From an uncultured Gammaproteobacteria bacterium (GTDB lineage Bacteria > Patescibacteriota > Patescibacteriia > Magasanikbacterales > UBA922), in NCBI GenBank assembly GCA_965231005.1, contig OZ246405.1, positions 1,031,829-1,095,828 of the forward strand: a stretch of DNA of 64,000 nt, read 5' to 3'. The notes under the pieces were generated by a model. The model was not told the DNA's origin. It did not search any database and worked only from the letters and a program-made list of their open reading frames with translations. Shown here piece after piece: positions 1 through 8,956 of the stretch (positions are counted from its first letter, which is position 1; every line of letters starts with the position of its first letter). A program made the position numbers and the translations under genes.

Positions 1-888
1 GTCACACGAGTCATCGGTGCAAGGATTATCGTCCAAGCATTCAACAACGTGATAATCACATGTTCCATTCTGCAGACAGGTGTCCTTTGTGCACATGTTT
101 TTGTCGTCGCAGTCCTGCACATCAATGCACTTTGGCTTCACCTTCACATCAGCACCGTCAGTGTCGGACGAAGACGTGTCGGCATCTGGCACATGAACAT
201 CTTCGTCTGAACTATCGGACTCTTGAACATCAGCAGCACTTCCATCAACGTGACCAGCGTCTTCAGCAATAGTGTCAGGAGTTGCATGCATTGCATCATC
301 GACTGCGTCCGGAGAAACAGCGTCAGATGTTGCAGTATCAGCTGCGTCGACCACGTCAATCAAAGCTGTATCAGAGGTAGCACTGTCTGCAGCATCAACG
401 GCGTCATCAGCAACACTGTCACTTCCGTCTTCGTCCTTTGCATCTTCTTGAGAAGCTGTATCAGCAACTGTTGTGACATCAGCAGGAACGTCAATCGAAT
501 CTGCATCCGAATGAATTTCTGCATCATCAACAACAATGTCCCGCTGTCCAAACACATCACGCTTTGGCTTTGGCCCGATTGGACCTGCATCGCTTCCGTC
601 GTCGGTATCAGCAGTGTCTGTTGTTTTGGTCTCTCCGGCAGTATCATCTTCGCTATCAGGTGAACTCACAGCATCAGTTTGCGTTGCATCGCCAGCATCA
701 TTTTGGTCCCACACGATTCCGTCTTCATCTCGGACCCAGCCAGGTGGAAGTTCTCCACATGCCTCAGAGTACCCTTTTCCGTGAATCGGTGGTGAACAAA
801 CAATTTCTCCTTCGGGGAAAAAGAAATCACCACAGCCTGTTGCGAAGCACACCATGCACCACGCGACTGACATCATTGACTTTTTCAT
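1..888 (-). CDS. Cys/Asp-rich repeat lipoprotein, paralog of 1198..3177. The C-terminal part runs off the window start, so the ORF track does not list it.
   Basis: Manual minus-frame translation from ATG at ~888, preceded by AAGGAGG. It reads MKKSMMSVAWCMVCFATGCGDFF (lipobox), then a ~230-aa D/S/T/A-rich acidic linker, then CIDVQDCDDKNMCTKDTCLQNGTCDYHVVECLDDNPCTDDSCD. No stop was seen in this frame down to position 1. DNA 1-40 closely matches 2761-2800. Confidence 0.55.
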   Translation of the reverse strand, partial: MKKSMMSVAWCMVCFATGCGDFFFPEGEIVCSPPIHGKGYSEACGELPPGWVRDEDGIVWDQNDAGDATQTDAVSSPDSEDDTAGETKTTDTADTDDGSDAGPIGPKPKRDVFGQRDIVVDDAEIHSDADSIDVPADVTTVADTASQEDAKDEDGSDSVADDAVDAADSATSDTALIDVVDAADTATSDAVSPDAVDDAMHATPDTIAEDAGHVDGSAADVQESDSSDEDVHVPDADTSSSDTDGADVKVKPKCIDVQDCDDKNMCTKDTCLQNGTCDYHVVECLDDNPCTDDSCD

Positions 889-1197
889 GGTTGCCTCCTT
901 GCGCGTAGCGCTTCCATGAACGGTTACTTTCTTTGCCTTTTCTTTCAAATAGAGCAGGCATAACAAAAAAAGAATGCTGGGCAGCATTCCTCCATTATTA
1001 CGCCCGCTCTACTCACTGTATTGTAAAGGGCATTCGTATACTATCACTATTCTCAATATAATAATACTTATAGAGAGATAAAGAAATAGTAAAATGTTTT
1101 ACTCATCTATTAGCCATAATATATGACAAACAGATGAGTATGTCCCGCCGTCCGAAAACGACGAGACTCCTCCCTTGTGGTTCTTTTACTCCAGAGA

Positions 1198-3177
1198 TCA
1201 CTTGCAGTTCGGTATGGGCGTGTAAACGCACGTGTCCTGCTTCTTATCGCAGCTGTCCTTGGTGCATTTGTTCTTGTCGTCACACAGAGAAACGGAGATC
1301 TCCTTATGACAATGTCCAGAAGGCAAGCACTTGCCGTTGCTACCAGCGCTGAGTGTGCTCACGCCATCCTTATAGCATATGCCTCCGCCGCCGCCACCAC
1401 CGCAGTCATCATCACTCTTGCATTTGATAGCGCCAAGGCACTGGTTGTGCTTTTTATCACACCACTCAACACTCCCTGTTGGGTCCTTGTTGACTGGACA
1501 GTCTGCGTCTTTCCCGCAGCAGTTCTTGCTCATCTTGTGGACGCAGCCCTGCTTGGAGTCACAGCTGTCGAGCGAGCACCAAACGCCGTCATCACAGACA
1601 ACAGGCTTGGTGCCAACGCAGACTTCCTTTTTGCAGACGTCGTTTGTCAGACAGGCATTGCCATCGTCACAGACCTTGCCGTCAAGCGTGGCCCAGGCAC
1701 ATGCACCAGTTGCAGGATTGCACGTGCCCTTGACGCAAACGTTGTTGCTTAGGCACTGCGACGGTTTGTACTTGCACTTACCATCAACGCACTCGTCTTT
1801 GGTGCAGTTGTCCCCGTCGTTGCACACCTTGGTAGTGTAAAAGCACTTGCCCGACTTCTTGTTGCAGTCGTCGACCGTACAGGCCTTGCCATCTTTGCAG
1901 TCGATAGGCTCGCCAACACAGAATCCCTTGGAGCAAATGTCCTTGAGTGTGCAGGCGTTGTCATCGGTGCAGGAATTGGTGTTGGGCTTGTGCGCGCACT
2001 TGCCGGTCTTGGTGTCACAAACGTCGTTGGTGCAGACGTTGTTGTCATCGCAGGGATTTGCAGAGGAAAACTCACACTTCCCATTGATGCACTTGTCATT
2101 TGTGCAGGCGTTTCCGTCGCTGCACAGAAGTGGCTTGTCACCAACACAGCCCTTGGCCTTGTTACACTTCATGGTCAGGAAGCACGGGAGCTTCTTGTCC
2201 TTGCACAGGATGTCTTTTTCCTGATGTGCGCACAGACCGGTGTTTGCATCGCAGCCATCGACCGTACAGTCGTAGCCGTCGTCGCAATCCTTCTTCTGCT
2301 TGTTCTCACACTTGCCGCTGTCGTTGCAAACGTCATTTGTGCATGCGTCGTTGTCCTGACAGTCTTTGTCCTTGTTGCACTCGCAGGTGTTCACACCAGC
2401 CTGACACGTGTTGTCCTTTTTGCAAACCTCGCCGGTCGTGCACTTGTTGCCGTCGTCGCACTGCGAGTCTGCCGTACAGCAACCCTTGATCTTGACATGG
2501 ACGCAGTCCTTTGCGACTTCGTTGTCACACTTGTCGGTTGTGCAAGGATTGTCATCGTTGCAGTCTTTCGGCTTTGGCGTGTACACACAGTTGCCAGTCG
2601 CAGAATCACACTTGTCGGTCGTGCAGGTCGTTGCATCATCGCAGTGCTTGGACTTGAACGAAACGCACTTGCCACTCTGACACTGATCCTCGAGCGAACA
2701 ACCATCGCCGTCACTGCAGGTGTTCTTGTTGTTGTTCTTGAACACACAGTCTTTCTGTGGATCGCACGAGTCATCTGTGCAAGGATTCTCGTCATCGCAT
2801 GTTTTCAGATCAGAACCGATACAGGCTCCTTTTCCGTTGCATGTGGACGTGAGCGTGCACTTGTCGTTGTCGTCGCAGTCGGCCGTGTTGTTCGTGTGCA
2901 GGCAGTTGCCGTACTTTGGGCTGTCAGGATCTGCATCGCACTTGTCGTCCGTGCACTGATCATTGTCCTCGCAGACACGTTCCTTCTGAACGCACTCACC
3001 ACTCTTGCACGAACGGGTAAAGCACGGTACTTCTGGACACTCTTCGTCAGTACTGCAAACACCTGGACTGGCATCAACAGACACATCGACCTCACCAGCA
3101 TCTACTGGCCCCTCGGCGGTTGCATCGCTACAACCGACAACACTGCACAATGCAGCGAGCAAGATTGCATTCCTCAT
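1198..3177 (-). CDS. Secreted lipoprotein with ~15 tandem Cys/Asp-rich ~38-aa repeats (C-x-D-D/G-N-x-C-T-x-D-x-C type, EGF/DUF4215-like) and a Gly7 run
   Basis: 659-aa ORF. N-terminus MRNAILLAALCSVVGCS is a signal peptide with a lipobox. The Cys spacing is strictly periodic. The antisense 455-aa ORF is a low-complexity artifact. Confidence 0.75.
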   Translation of the reverse strand: MRNAILLAALCSVVGCSDATAEGPVDAGEVDVSVDASPGVCSTDEECPEVPCFTRSCKSGECVQKERVCEDNDQCTDDKCDADPDSPKYGNCLHTNNTADCDDNDKCTLTSTCNGKGACIGSDLKTCDDENPCTDDSCDPQKDCVFKNNNKNTCSDGDGCSLEDQCQSGKCVSFKSKHCDDATTCTTDKCDSATGNCVYTPKPKDCNDDNPCTTDKCDNEVAKDCVHVKIKGCCTADSQCDDGNKCTTGEVCKKDNTCQAGVNTCECNKDKDCQDNDACTNDVCNDSGKCENKQKKDCDDGYDCTVDGCDANTGLCAHQEKDILCKDKKLPCFLTMKCNKAKGCVGDKPLLCSDGNACTNDKCINGKCEFSSANPCDDNNVCTNDVCDTKTGKCAHKPNTNSCTDDNACTLKDICSKGFCVGEPIDCKDGKACTVDDCNKKSGKCFYTTKVCNDGDNCTKDECVDGKCKYKPSQCLSNNVCVKGTCNPATGACAWATLDGKVCDDGNACLTNDVCKKEVCVGTKPVVCDDGVWCSLDSCDSKQGCVHKMSKNCCGKDADCPVNKDPTGSVEWCDKKHNQCLGAIKCKSDDDCGGGGGGGICYKDGVSTLSAGSNGKCLPSGHCHKEISVSLCDDKNKCTKDSCDKKQDTCVYTPIPNCK

Positions 3178-3465
3178 TTTTCACCCCCATTGGATGAACG
3201 CAAAAGAGCGTTCTTGGTTGGTTTTTCTGCCTCAGGCCCATGCCCAAAACGTTTGGATGCTTCTCATGGAGAGAGTAAGCACATTGAATACAAAAAATAC
3301 TTATATACTCAATGTGCCTACTCTTTATTGAAAATAAAAAGAACCTGTTCCCTTTAGTATAGGAAAACAGGTAAATTTAGCAAACTTTTTAGGGAATGTC
3401 AAGAAAAAAAAGACTTTTTTGAGATTATCGTATGTATGTATAATATTTCGCTAAAATTAGGTAAG

Positions 3466-4275
3466 TTAATTCATTATATTCTCCTTCCAAACCTGACCAA
3501 CAGATGTTGCAAGATCTTCAGCATTATAAAATGTTCCAAATCTTTTATAGAGAGCATCGCCGGCAAGACCATTTAAATGTACTCCAGCAAGAGCGGCATC
3601 CAATAAATTATTTGTAGTGGCAAGTGCACCAATTAGACCCACCAACACATCGCCTGTTCCCCCTTTTGTCATACCAACATTTCCTGTGTTATTTTCCCAG
3701 AGATCATCTCCATTACTCACATAATCATGTTGACCTGTTAGTACCACAATGCACCCAAACTTTTTTGACATCAACAATGCATTTTCTGCATTTGCCTCAC
3801 ACTGAAATACTTGCTCAAACTCTCGCGAGTGAGGTGTGACAATACAGTTCTGATGAAGTAATCTTGGGTCGACATGCCAAAGAGCTGTTGCATCAATAAT
3901 TATTTTTTTATCTTTTCTTTTTGTAAGAAGATACTTTACAAGAGAAAATGTTTCTTCGCTTTCTTCCATGCCTGGTCCAACAACAATTGCATCTACAAGA
4001 CCGATTGTTTGTTCAAGTTCTTTTTTTTCAATTGGAATAAATGTTGCAAGATCTTTTCGAAGTGTATCGATAAGTGATAAATTTTGTGCAACTGAATGAA
4101 CATATACCATATCGACAATGCGTGATGCTCCCTGCAATGAGAGTAAAAATGCACCATGAAACTTTTCTGAACCCGCAATTACAAGCAAACGCCCGTTCTG
4201 TCCTTTATGACTGTCGGGCGCTTGTAACATAATTTTTTTAAAAATGTCTTTTGTAATTTCTTTCATGTTCTTCAA
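3466..4275 (-). CDS. nnrD: ADP-dependent NAD(P)H-hydrate dehydratase (YjeF C-terminal / carbohydrate-kinase-like domain)
   Basis: HKGxNG and GPG motifs and a TGDVL(V/A)G-type C-terminal motif. 269 aa. Confidence 0.8.
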   Translation of the reverse strand: MKNMKEITKDIFKKIMLQAPDSHKGQNGRLLVIAGSEKFHGAFLLSLQGASRIVDMVYVHSVAQNLSLIDTLRKDLATFIPIEKKELEQTIGLVDAIVVGPGMEESEETFSLVKYLLTKRKDKKIIIDATALWHVDPRLLHQNCIVTPHSREFEQVFQCEANAENALLMSKKFGCIVVLTGQHDYVSNGDDLWENNTGNVGMTKGGTGDVLVGLIGALATTNNLLDAALAGVHLNGLAGDALYKRFGTFYNAEDLATSVGQVWKENIMN

Positions 4276-6299
4276 TCAAAAGTAATTATCTGATTTTGAT
4301 CAATTGCTTTTGGTATTGGTTGTGGGTGTGCATCAGGAACAACTTTTGGAGGTTGTTCTTTTTTTTCTTCTTGCTTTTGCACAACATTGTTTTGAGATTG
4401 TTGAGAATCTGATTCTCTATTTCCTGATTTCTTTTTTCTTTTTCTCTTTCTTTTTCTCTTCTTTTTTGGTTCTTCAAGAGAGATATTATCACCATCAGAG
4501 GATTTGGAAACCTCTTGCTGTTTTTTAACATGTTCCTCTTTTCGAGGTTGAGAAGGGTTTAAATTATCAAGATCTGGCTCCTTTTTACCTTGTTCAGGTT
4601 TTTCTGTCAAGTCAAGCGTAGAAATTGGTTTTGGCTTCTGTCTGTCATCTGTCTTTGGCATTAAGTCTCTTAGAGAAAGTGTTTTTTCACCGCTGATATT
4701 ATTGTCAACTTCTTTGGGAGGTGCCACAACAGATGGTTTAGGACGACGCGGCTCTTCTTTTCTGTCCTTCTTCTTTTCTGATACTTTTTCAATTCTTTTT
4801 TCCTTATGATCTTTCTTTGGAGATAGCGCAGGTGTCTTTTCTTCTTTTGTAGGTTTCTTTTTTTCTTCAGATCCTGATGACTCTTTTTTAGAAAGATTTT
4901 TAGGAAACGTAGCTGCTGGTTTAGGTCTTTTCTTATCTGATTCCACCTTCTCTTCAGAATCATCTTCTTCGGCGTCATCTGTCCCTTCCAATCCACTCCA
5001 ACGTAAAATTTTATCTTCAATAGATGCTCTATCTTTTGAATATCTTTCTCGAGAAACTTTAATTACTTTTTCTCTACTTCCTGTTGGAGATCCTATTGGT
5101 GGGAGTGATGTTGCACTAAATGGCATGGAAGCAACACCATCAATCATAAGTTTTAGGAAAATATTGAATTTTGCCAAATTAACAATATCTTCTTCCATAA
5201 ATACTGGACTAAATTCTTTTACAAGAAACTCAGCATCTGCACCCCCAACACGAAACGTTACAAGTGTTCCAACGTTTCCAAACACAGCATCTGCAACAAC
5301 TTCATCAAGTTGCGCAACATATTGGTGTGCCATAATCAAACCAAGTCGATATTTTCTTGCCTCAGAAAGAATATTTGCAAAAGAAGGTGTTGCAAAATTT
5401 TGGAACTCATCAACAAACAGGAAAAAATCTTTTCTATCTTCTTCAAGAGTATCTACCCGCTCCATGGCTGCAAGTTGAATCTGGGTAATAAGCATACCAC
5501 CCAGGAGTCTACTGTTATCTTCTCCAATCCTTCCTTTTGACAAGTTCATGATAAGAATCTTGCTTGTATCCATTGCCTGTCGAATGTTAATAGTTGATTT
5601 CACCTGTGCAACCATGTTTCGAATCACACTTGCAGACAAAAATTGACCAATTTTATTTTGAATCGGTGCAACCGCTTCTTGTTGGTATCGATCATTATAG
5701 TTTGCAAATTCATTTTGCCAGAACGATTTAATAACTGGGTCTTTTAAATTGCGAACAACTTTTTTTCTGAATTTTTTGTCTCCCAAAAGACGGTTAATTC
5801 CAAGAAGTGTTGATCCAGGAAAATCAAGCAATGCAAGAAGTGTATTATTCAAAATGTATTCCATTCGAGAACTCCACACATCTGGCCATATCTTTTTGAA
5901 AATTCCCATAAGACCTGCAGCAACCAAATGTTTTTGTTCTTCGTTTTTTACCTCAAGGATATTAAAACCAATCGGATTATTAACATCACTTGGATTAAAA
6001 TAAATAACATCGTTAATTCTATTTGATGGAATATAATCTATAATTTTTTCTGCAAAGTCTCCATGTGGGTCAACAACACCAACACCACGTCCTGCATAGA
6101 TATCATGGAGCACCATGTTTTCCATTAACGTTGTTTTTCCCATACCAGTTTTTCCAACAATATACATGTGCCGACGTCTGTCATCTAGCTTAATACCAAA
6201 ACGCCGCACTTGATTGCGGAAATTAGTTTGGGCAAAAAGACAGATAGGATCCTGTGGTCCCTTATCTTCATTTTTGGGCTTCAGATAATGTGTAGGCAT
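4272..6299 (-). CDS. FtsK/HerA-superfamily P-loop ATPase, TraD/VirD4 (type IV coupling protein)-like, with a ~250-aa K/E-rich disordered C-terminal tail
   Basis: Walker A GKTGMGKTT, VDPHGD, Walker B FFLFVDEF, and MAHQxxxQL. There is no N-terminal TM. The tail contains KKKRKRKRKRKKK. The gene overlaps nnrD by 4 nt. Confidence 0.6.
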   Translation of the reverse strand: MPTHYLKPKNEDKGPQDPICLFAQTNFRNQVRRFGIKLDDRRRHMYIVGKTGMGKTTLMENMVLHDIYAGRGVGVVDPHGDFAEKIIDYIPSNRINDVIYFNPSDVNNPIGFNILEVKNEEQKHLVAAGLMGIFKKIWPDVWSSRMEYILNNTLLALLDFPGSTLLGINRLLGDKKFRKKVVRNLKDPVIKSFWQNEFANYNDRYQQEAVAPIQNKIGQFLSASVIRNMVAQVKSTINIRQAMDTSKILIMNLSKGRIGEDNSRLLGGMLITQIQLAAMERVDTLEEDRKDFFLFVDEFQNFATPSFANILSEARKYRLGLIMAHQYVAQLDEVVADAVFGNVGTLVTFRVGGADAEFLVKEFSPVFMEEDIVNLAKFNIFLKLMIDGVASMPFSATSLPPIGSPTGSREKVIKVSRERYSKDRASIEDKILRWSGLEGTDDAEEDDSEEKVESDKKRPKPAATFPKNLSKKESSGSEEKKKPTKEEKTPALSPKKDHKEKRIEKVSEKKKDRKEEPRRPKPSVVAPPKEVDNNISGEKTLSLRDLMPKTDDRQKPKPISTLDLTEKPEQGKKEPDLDNLNPSQPRKEEHVKKQQEVSKSSDGDNISLEEPKKKRKRKRKRKKKSGNRESDSQQSQNNVVQKQEEKKEQPPKVVPDAHPQPIPKAIDQNQIITFD

Positions 6300-6428
6300 A
6301 TTGATGCAAAAACTACTTGAATGGATTCAAGTACAGAATAAGTATAGCACATTTTTCCTTATGAGGATATCTTCCTATGTAAAAACAAAACTCCCTAATA
6401 AGGGAGTTTGTTTATTGATAATTGTTTC

Positions 6429-7154
6429 TTATAGAAGTGACTTGATTGCAGCTTCTACATTTTCATAAGGTTGTGCTCCATTGATCGGAATTGTTTCTCC
6501 GTCTGGCCCAACAATGATACTATATGGTGTTCCTTGTGCACCAGCTCCTGCTCCATCTTGTTCATCATCCTGAACATCCTTTGCATATTTTTTGTCTGAA
6601 ACACATTTGTTGAATTTGTCTATGTCACCAACACCGGCCTGCTTTGCAATTGCTTCAACATCTGCTAGGCCACTATCAAAGTTAGCGTCTGTGAATTCCC
6701 AAAATTTTCCTTGTTCTGCAGCACACTCAGACGCAATTGCTTTTGGACGTGCATTTGGGTGAAGACTATCAAGTGGGAAATGTCTGTATACCCAACGAAC
6801 GTCATCTCCGTAGTTTTCAATAATCTTATTCATACTGTCATGAAAACGCTGACAAAATGGACAATCCATGTCTGAAAATTCAATGAGAGTTACTTTTGCT
6901 TTTGCGTTTCCACGAATATGATCTTTCTTTTTATCTACATCTGCAACAGTTATTTTTGTTGGTTGCGCTGGTTGTGTTGGTGCAGCTGCTCCACCAGAAG
7001 GTGTTGGAAGGACAGCAGCCTTTCCACCATCATCTTTTAAGACAACACTCAAAAGAATAAAAAATCCAATTGTACACAAGATAAGCACTCCACCAACGAC
7101 ACCAAGGCCAAATGCTTGCTTTTGTGACATACCACTTTTTCGATGTGATTCCAT
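6429..7154 (-). CDS. DsbA-family thiol:disulfide oxidoreductase, membrane-anchored
   Basis: CPFC active site in a thioredoxin fold. N-terminal TM helix and a PA-rich linker. Confidence 0.8.
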   Translation of the reverse strand: MESHRKSGMSQKQAFGLGVVGGVLILCTIGFFILLSVVLKDDGGKAAVLPTPSGGAAAPTQPAQPTKITVADVDKKKDHIRGNAKAKVTLIEFSDMDCPFCQRFHDSMNKIIENYGDDVRWVYRHFPLDSLHPNARPKAIASECAAEQGKFWEFTDANFDSGLADVEAIAKQAGVGDIDKFNKCVSDKKYAKDVQDDEQDGAGAGAQGTPYSIIVGPDGETIPINGAQPYENVEAAIKSLL

Positions 7155-7216
7155 AGTTACAAATATTAATTTAATAATGGATTAGCATTGTATCATAAGA
7201 ATTGATTCATGCGCAA

Positions 7217-7432
7217 CTAGTACAGTGCTACAGACCACATCTGAAGCAGATATCCAAAAACAACGAACGCAACGCCAATAATACCTGCAATCCGCTCTTT
7301 TCTCATCGCACGAAATACACGTTTGTCTATCTTATGTTCGTTTAACACACGATGATGAACACGCAGTGCTGCAAATGCAATCATCAATGTTCCTGCAACC
7401 TCTAGTGTATGTGAAAAAATTTCTATATTCAT
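7217..7432 (-). CDS. Small hypothetical membrane protein
   Basis: 71-74-aa ORF with a hydrophobic C-terminus. The ORF-track start is TTG. There is no clear RBS. Confidence 0.3.
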   Translation of the reverse strand: MNIEIFSHTLEVAGTLMIAFAALRVHHRVLNEHKIDKRVFRAMRKERIAGIIGVAFVVFGYLLQMWSVALY

Positions 7433-7439
7433 AGGAAAC

Positions 7440-7560
7440 AATTAACAACTAACAATTAACAAGCTTTCTTGGTTCTTTATAAGAGTATTGCTCGTGTAGA
7501 TTTTCGAAAGAATTTTTTTGATAAGAACCGTACGTAAATAGTTTGTTAATTGCTAATTGT
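7440..7560. repeat. Palindromic intergenic element, TTAACAATTAACAA family (copy 1)
   Basis: Arms aacaattaacaactaacaattaacaagc and tttgttaattgctaattgtt flank a ~68-bp spacer with an internal GGTTCTTT/AAGAACC inversion. Confidence 0.6.
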
Positions 7561-8866
7561 TCAAGATCTTTTTCGTCTCTAACTTGTAACTTTCAACATT
7601 TGGCTGATCAAATGTATTTACTTCTAGCAATGTTCCAAGATACATCATCTCAATCATTTTAAATTGGAAAAATGCACCAATAGAAGATAAAGAAACACTA
7701 TTAAGTACAACTTCACAAAATGGAAGTCTCTTTTTCGTATATGCAATTTTTACCCCTTGTAAAATTGCATCTAAAATATCTTGTGCAGATTTATGAGAAA
7801 TATCTGAAACAAGATTATTAAATAGTCTGTGCCGTGGCAACTCACTATCGTCCTTGACTTTTTTCGTATAAATAAATGTTGTCACTTTGTCTTTTGGTCC
7901 ACCCAAGTACAATTGACCCACTGAGTGAAGATCTGTTGAGCCAATTGATACTGTTGGGGTAAGCCCTGCATGAACAACTTTTCCATGAATATTTTTTTCT
8001 TTCCCAATACTTTCTCCCATAAGCTGACGGTACCACTTTCCAATCGATTCAAGTTCAGAATGAAAAATAAAATTATCATTCATTGATCTCCCTTTTTTCA
8101 TTTGAAGATACAATATTGCAGCAGATAGTGCTGCAGGATTCTTTTTAATATCTTTTTGAAGACAAGTCTTTCGCATTTTTCTAGCACCTTTCAATAGTTC
8201 ATCAATATTAAATCCTGCTGCAGCAAGAGGAAACAAACCAACGGCCGAAAGCACTGAGTATCGCCCGCCAACTAATTCTGGAATTGCTAATGTATCTATT
8301 CCCTGCCCCACTGCAGCATTCCAAAAAAGTGAATCTTTATTTGTAATAACCACGAGACGATCTGTAATGTTTTTGTGCTTCTTTTTAAGAATGTCAATAA
8401 TAATTTCTGTATTTGCTATTGTTTCTGCAGTCCCGCCTGACTTACTTACAGAACAAATTAACACTTCGTCTGCGTGCTTGATATGTTTTTTTGCAAACGT
8501 TTTAAATGAATCAAGCGCGCGCGCATTGTTTGTGTCAACAAAAATCATTTTTGGAAACGCCTCACTTTGTAATACATCAAAAAAACCTTGCATTGCATCA
8601 TACACAGCCTTTGTTCCAAGATTTGATCCACCAATACCAATGACAATAATATATTTCAATTTTTTTGAAACTTTTTTCTTTGCAAGATCTTTTACTCTTT
8701 TAATTATTTTTTTATCAAAAGGACAATTGATTGAACACTCTGGATCTTCATAGTTATTCTTTTTTGCAACATCTTGAAGACGCGCCATGTACGGCAATAA
8801 CTTTTTTCCAGACGCCTGCACTTGCTTATCTGAAACAAGACTTGTTTTCTTGTAAAAAAATTTCAT
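7553..8866 (-). CDS. pgi: Glucose-6-phosphate isomerase
   Basis: IGIGGSNLG and GGRYSVLSAVG motifs. 437 aa. Confidence 0.9.
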   Translation of the reverse strand: MKFFYKKTSLVSDKQVQASGKKLLPYMARLQDVAKKNNYEDPECSINCPFDKKIIKRVKDLAKKKVSKKLKYIIVIGIGGSNLGTKAVYDAMQGFFDVLQSEAFPKMIFVDTNNARALDSFKTFAKKHIKHADEVLICSVSKSGGTAETIANTEIIIDILKKKHKNITDRLVVITNKDSLFWNAAVGQGIDTLAIPELVGGRYSVLSAVGLFPLAAAGFNIDELLKGARKMRKTCLQKDIKKNPAALSAAILYLQMKKGRSMNDNFIFHSELESIGKWYRQLMGESIGKEKNIHGKVVHAGLTPTVSIGSTDLHSVGQLYLGGPKDKVTTFIYTKKVKDDSELPRHRLFNNLVSDISHKSAQDILDAILQGVKIAYTKKRLPFCEVVLNSVSLSSIGAFFQFKMIEMMYLGTLLEVNTFDQPNVESYKLETKKILNN

Positions 8867-8867
8867 A

Positions 8868-8956
8868 TAAAAATGCTATAAATGCCGTAAAAGCTATAAA
8901 GGCTTTAAAGGCTCATGTACTCGGTCTACACTTTTTGAATTGCTTTTATGGCCTTT
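8868..8956. repeat. Palindromic GCCTTTA/TAAAGGC element (empty copy)
   Basis: gctataaatgccgtaaaagctataaaggctttaaaggc ... gcttttatggcctttttagccttttataag. The halves are inverted complements. Confidence 0.6.

Noticed and set aside
223-908. Several 70-146-aa ORFs on both strands within 1..900
   Set aside because: All are out of frame with, or antisense to, the continuous minus-strand lipoprotein frame that starts at ~888 with a strong RBS. Their compositions (Ser/Val/Cys runs) are typical antisense artifacts.
1990-3357. 455-aa + strand ORF, the longest ORF in the first 3.4 kb
   Set aside because: It is antisense to the Cys/Asp-rich lipoprotein gene. Its product is a hydrophobic, low-complexity mirror of GAC/TGC-rich codons with no signal peptide or domain. 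The minus-strand protein has a lipobox and periodic Cys repeats.
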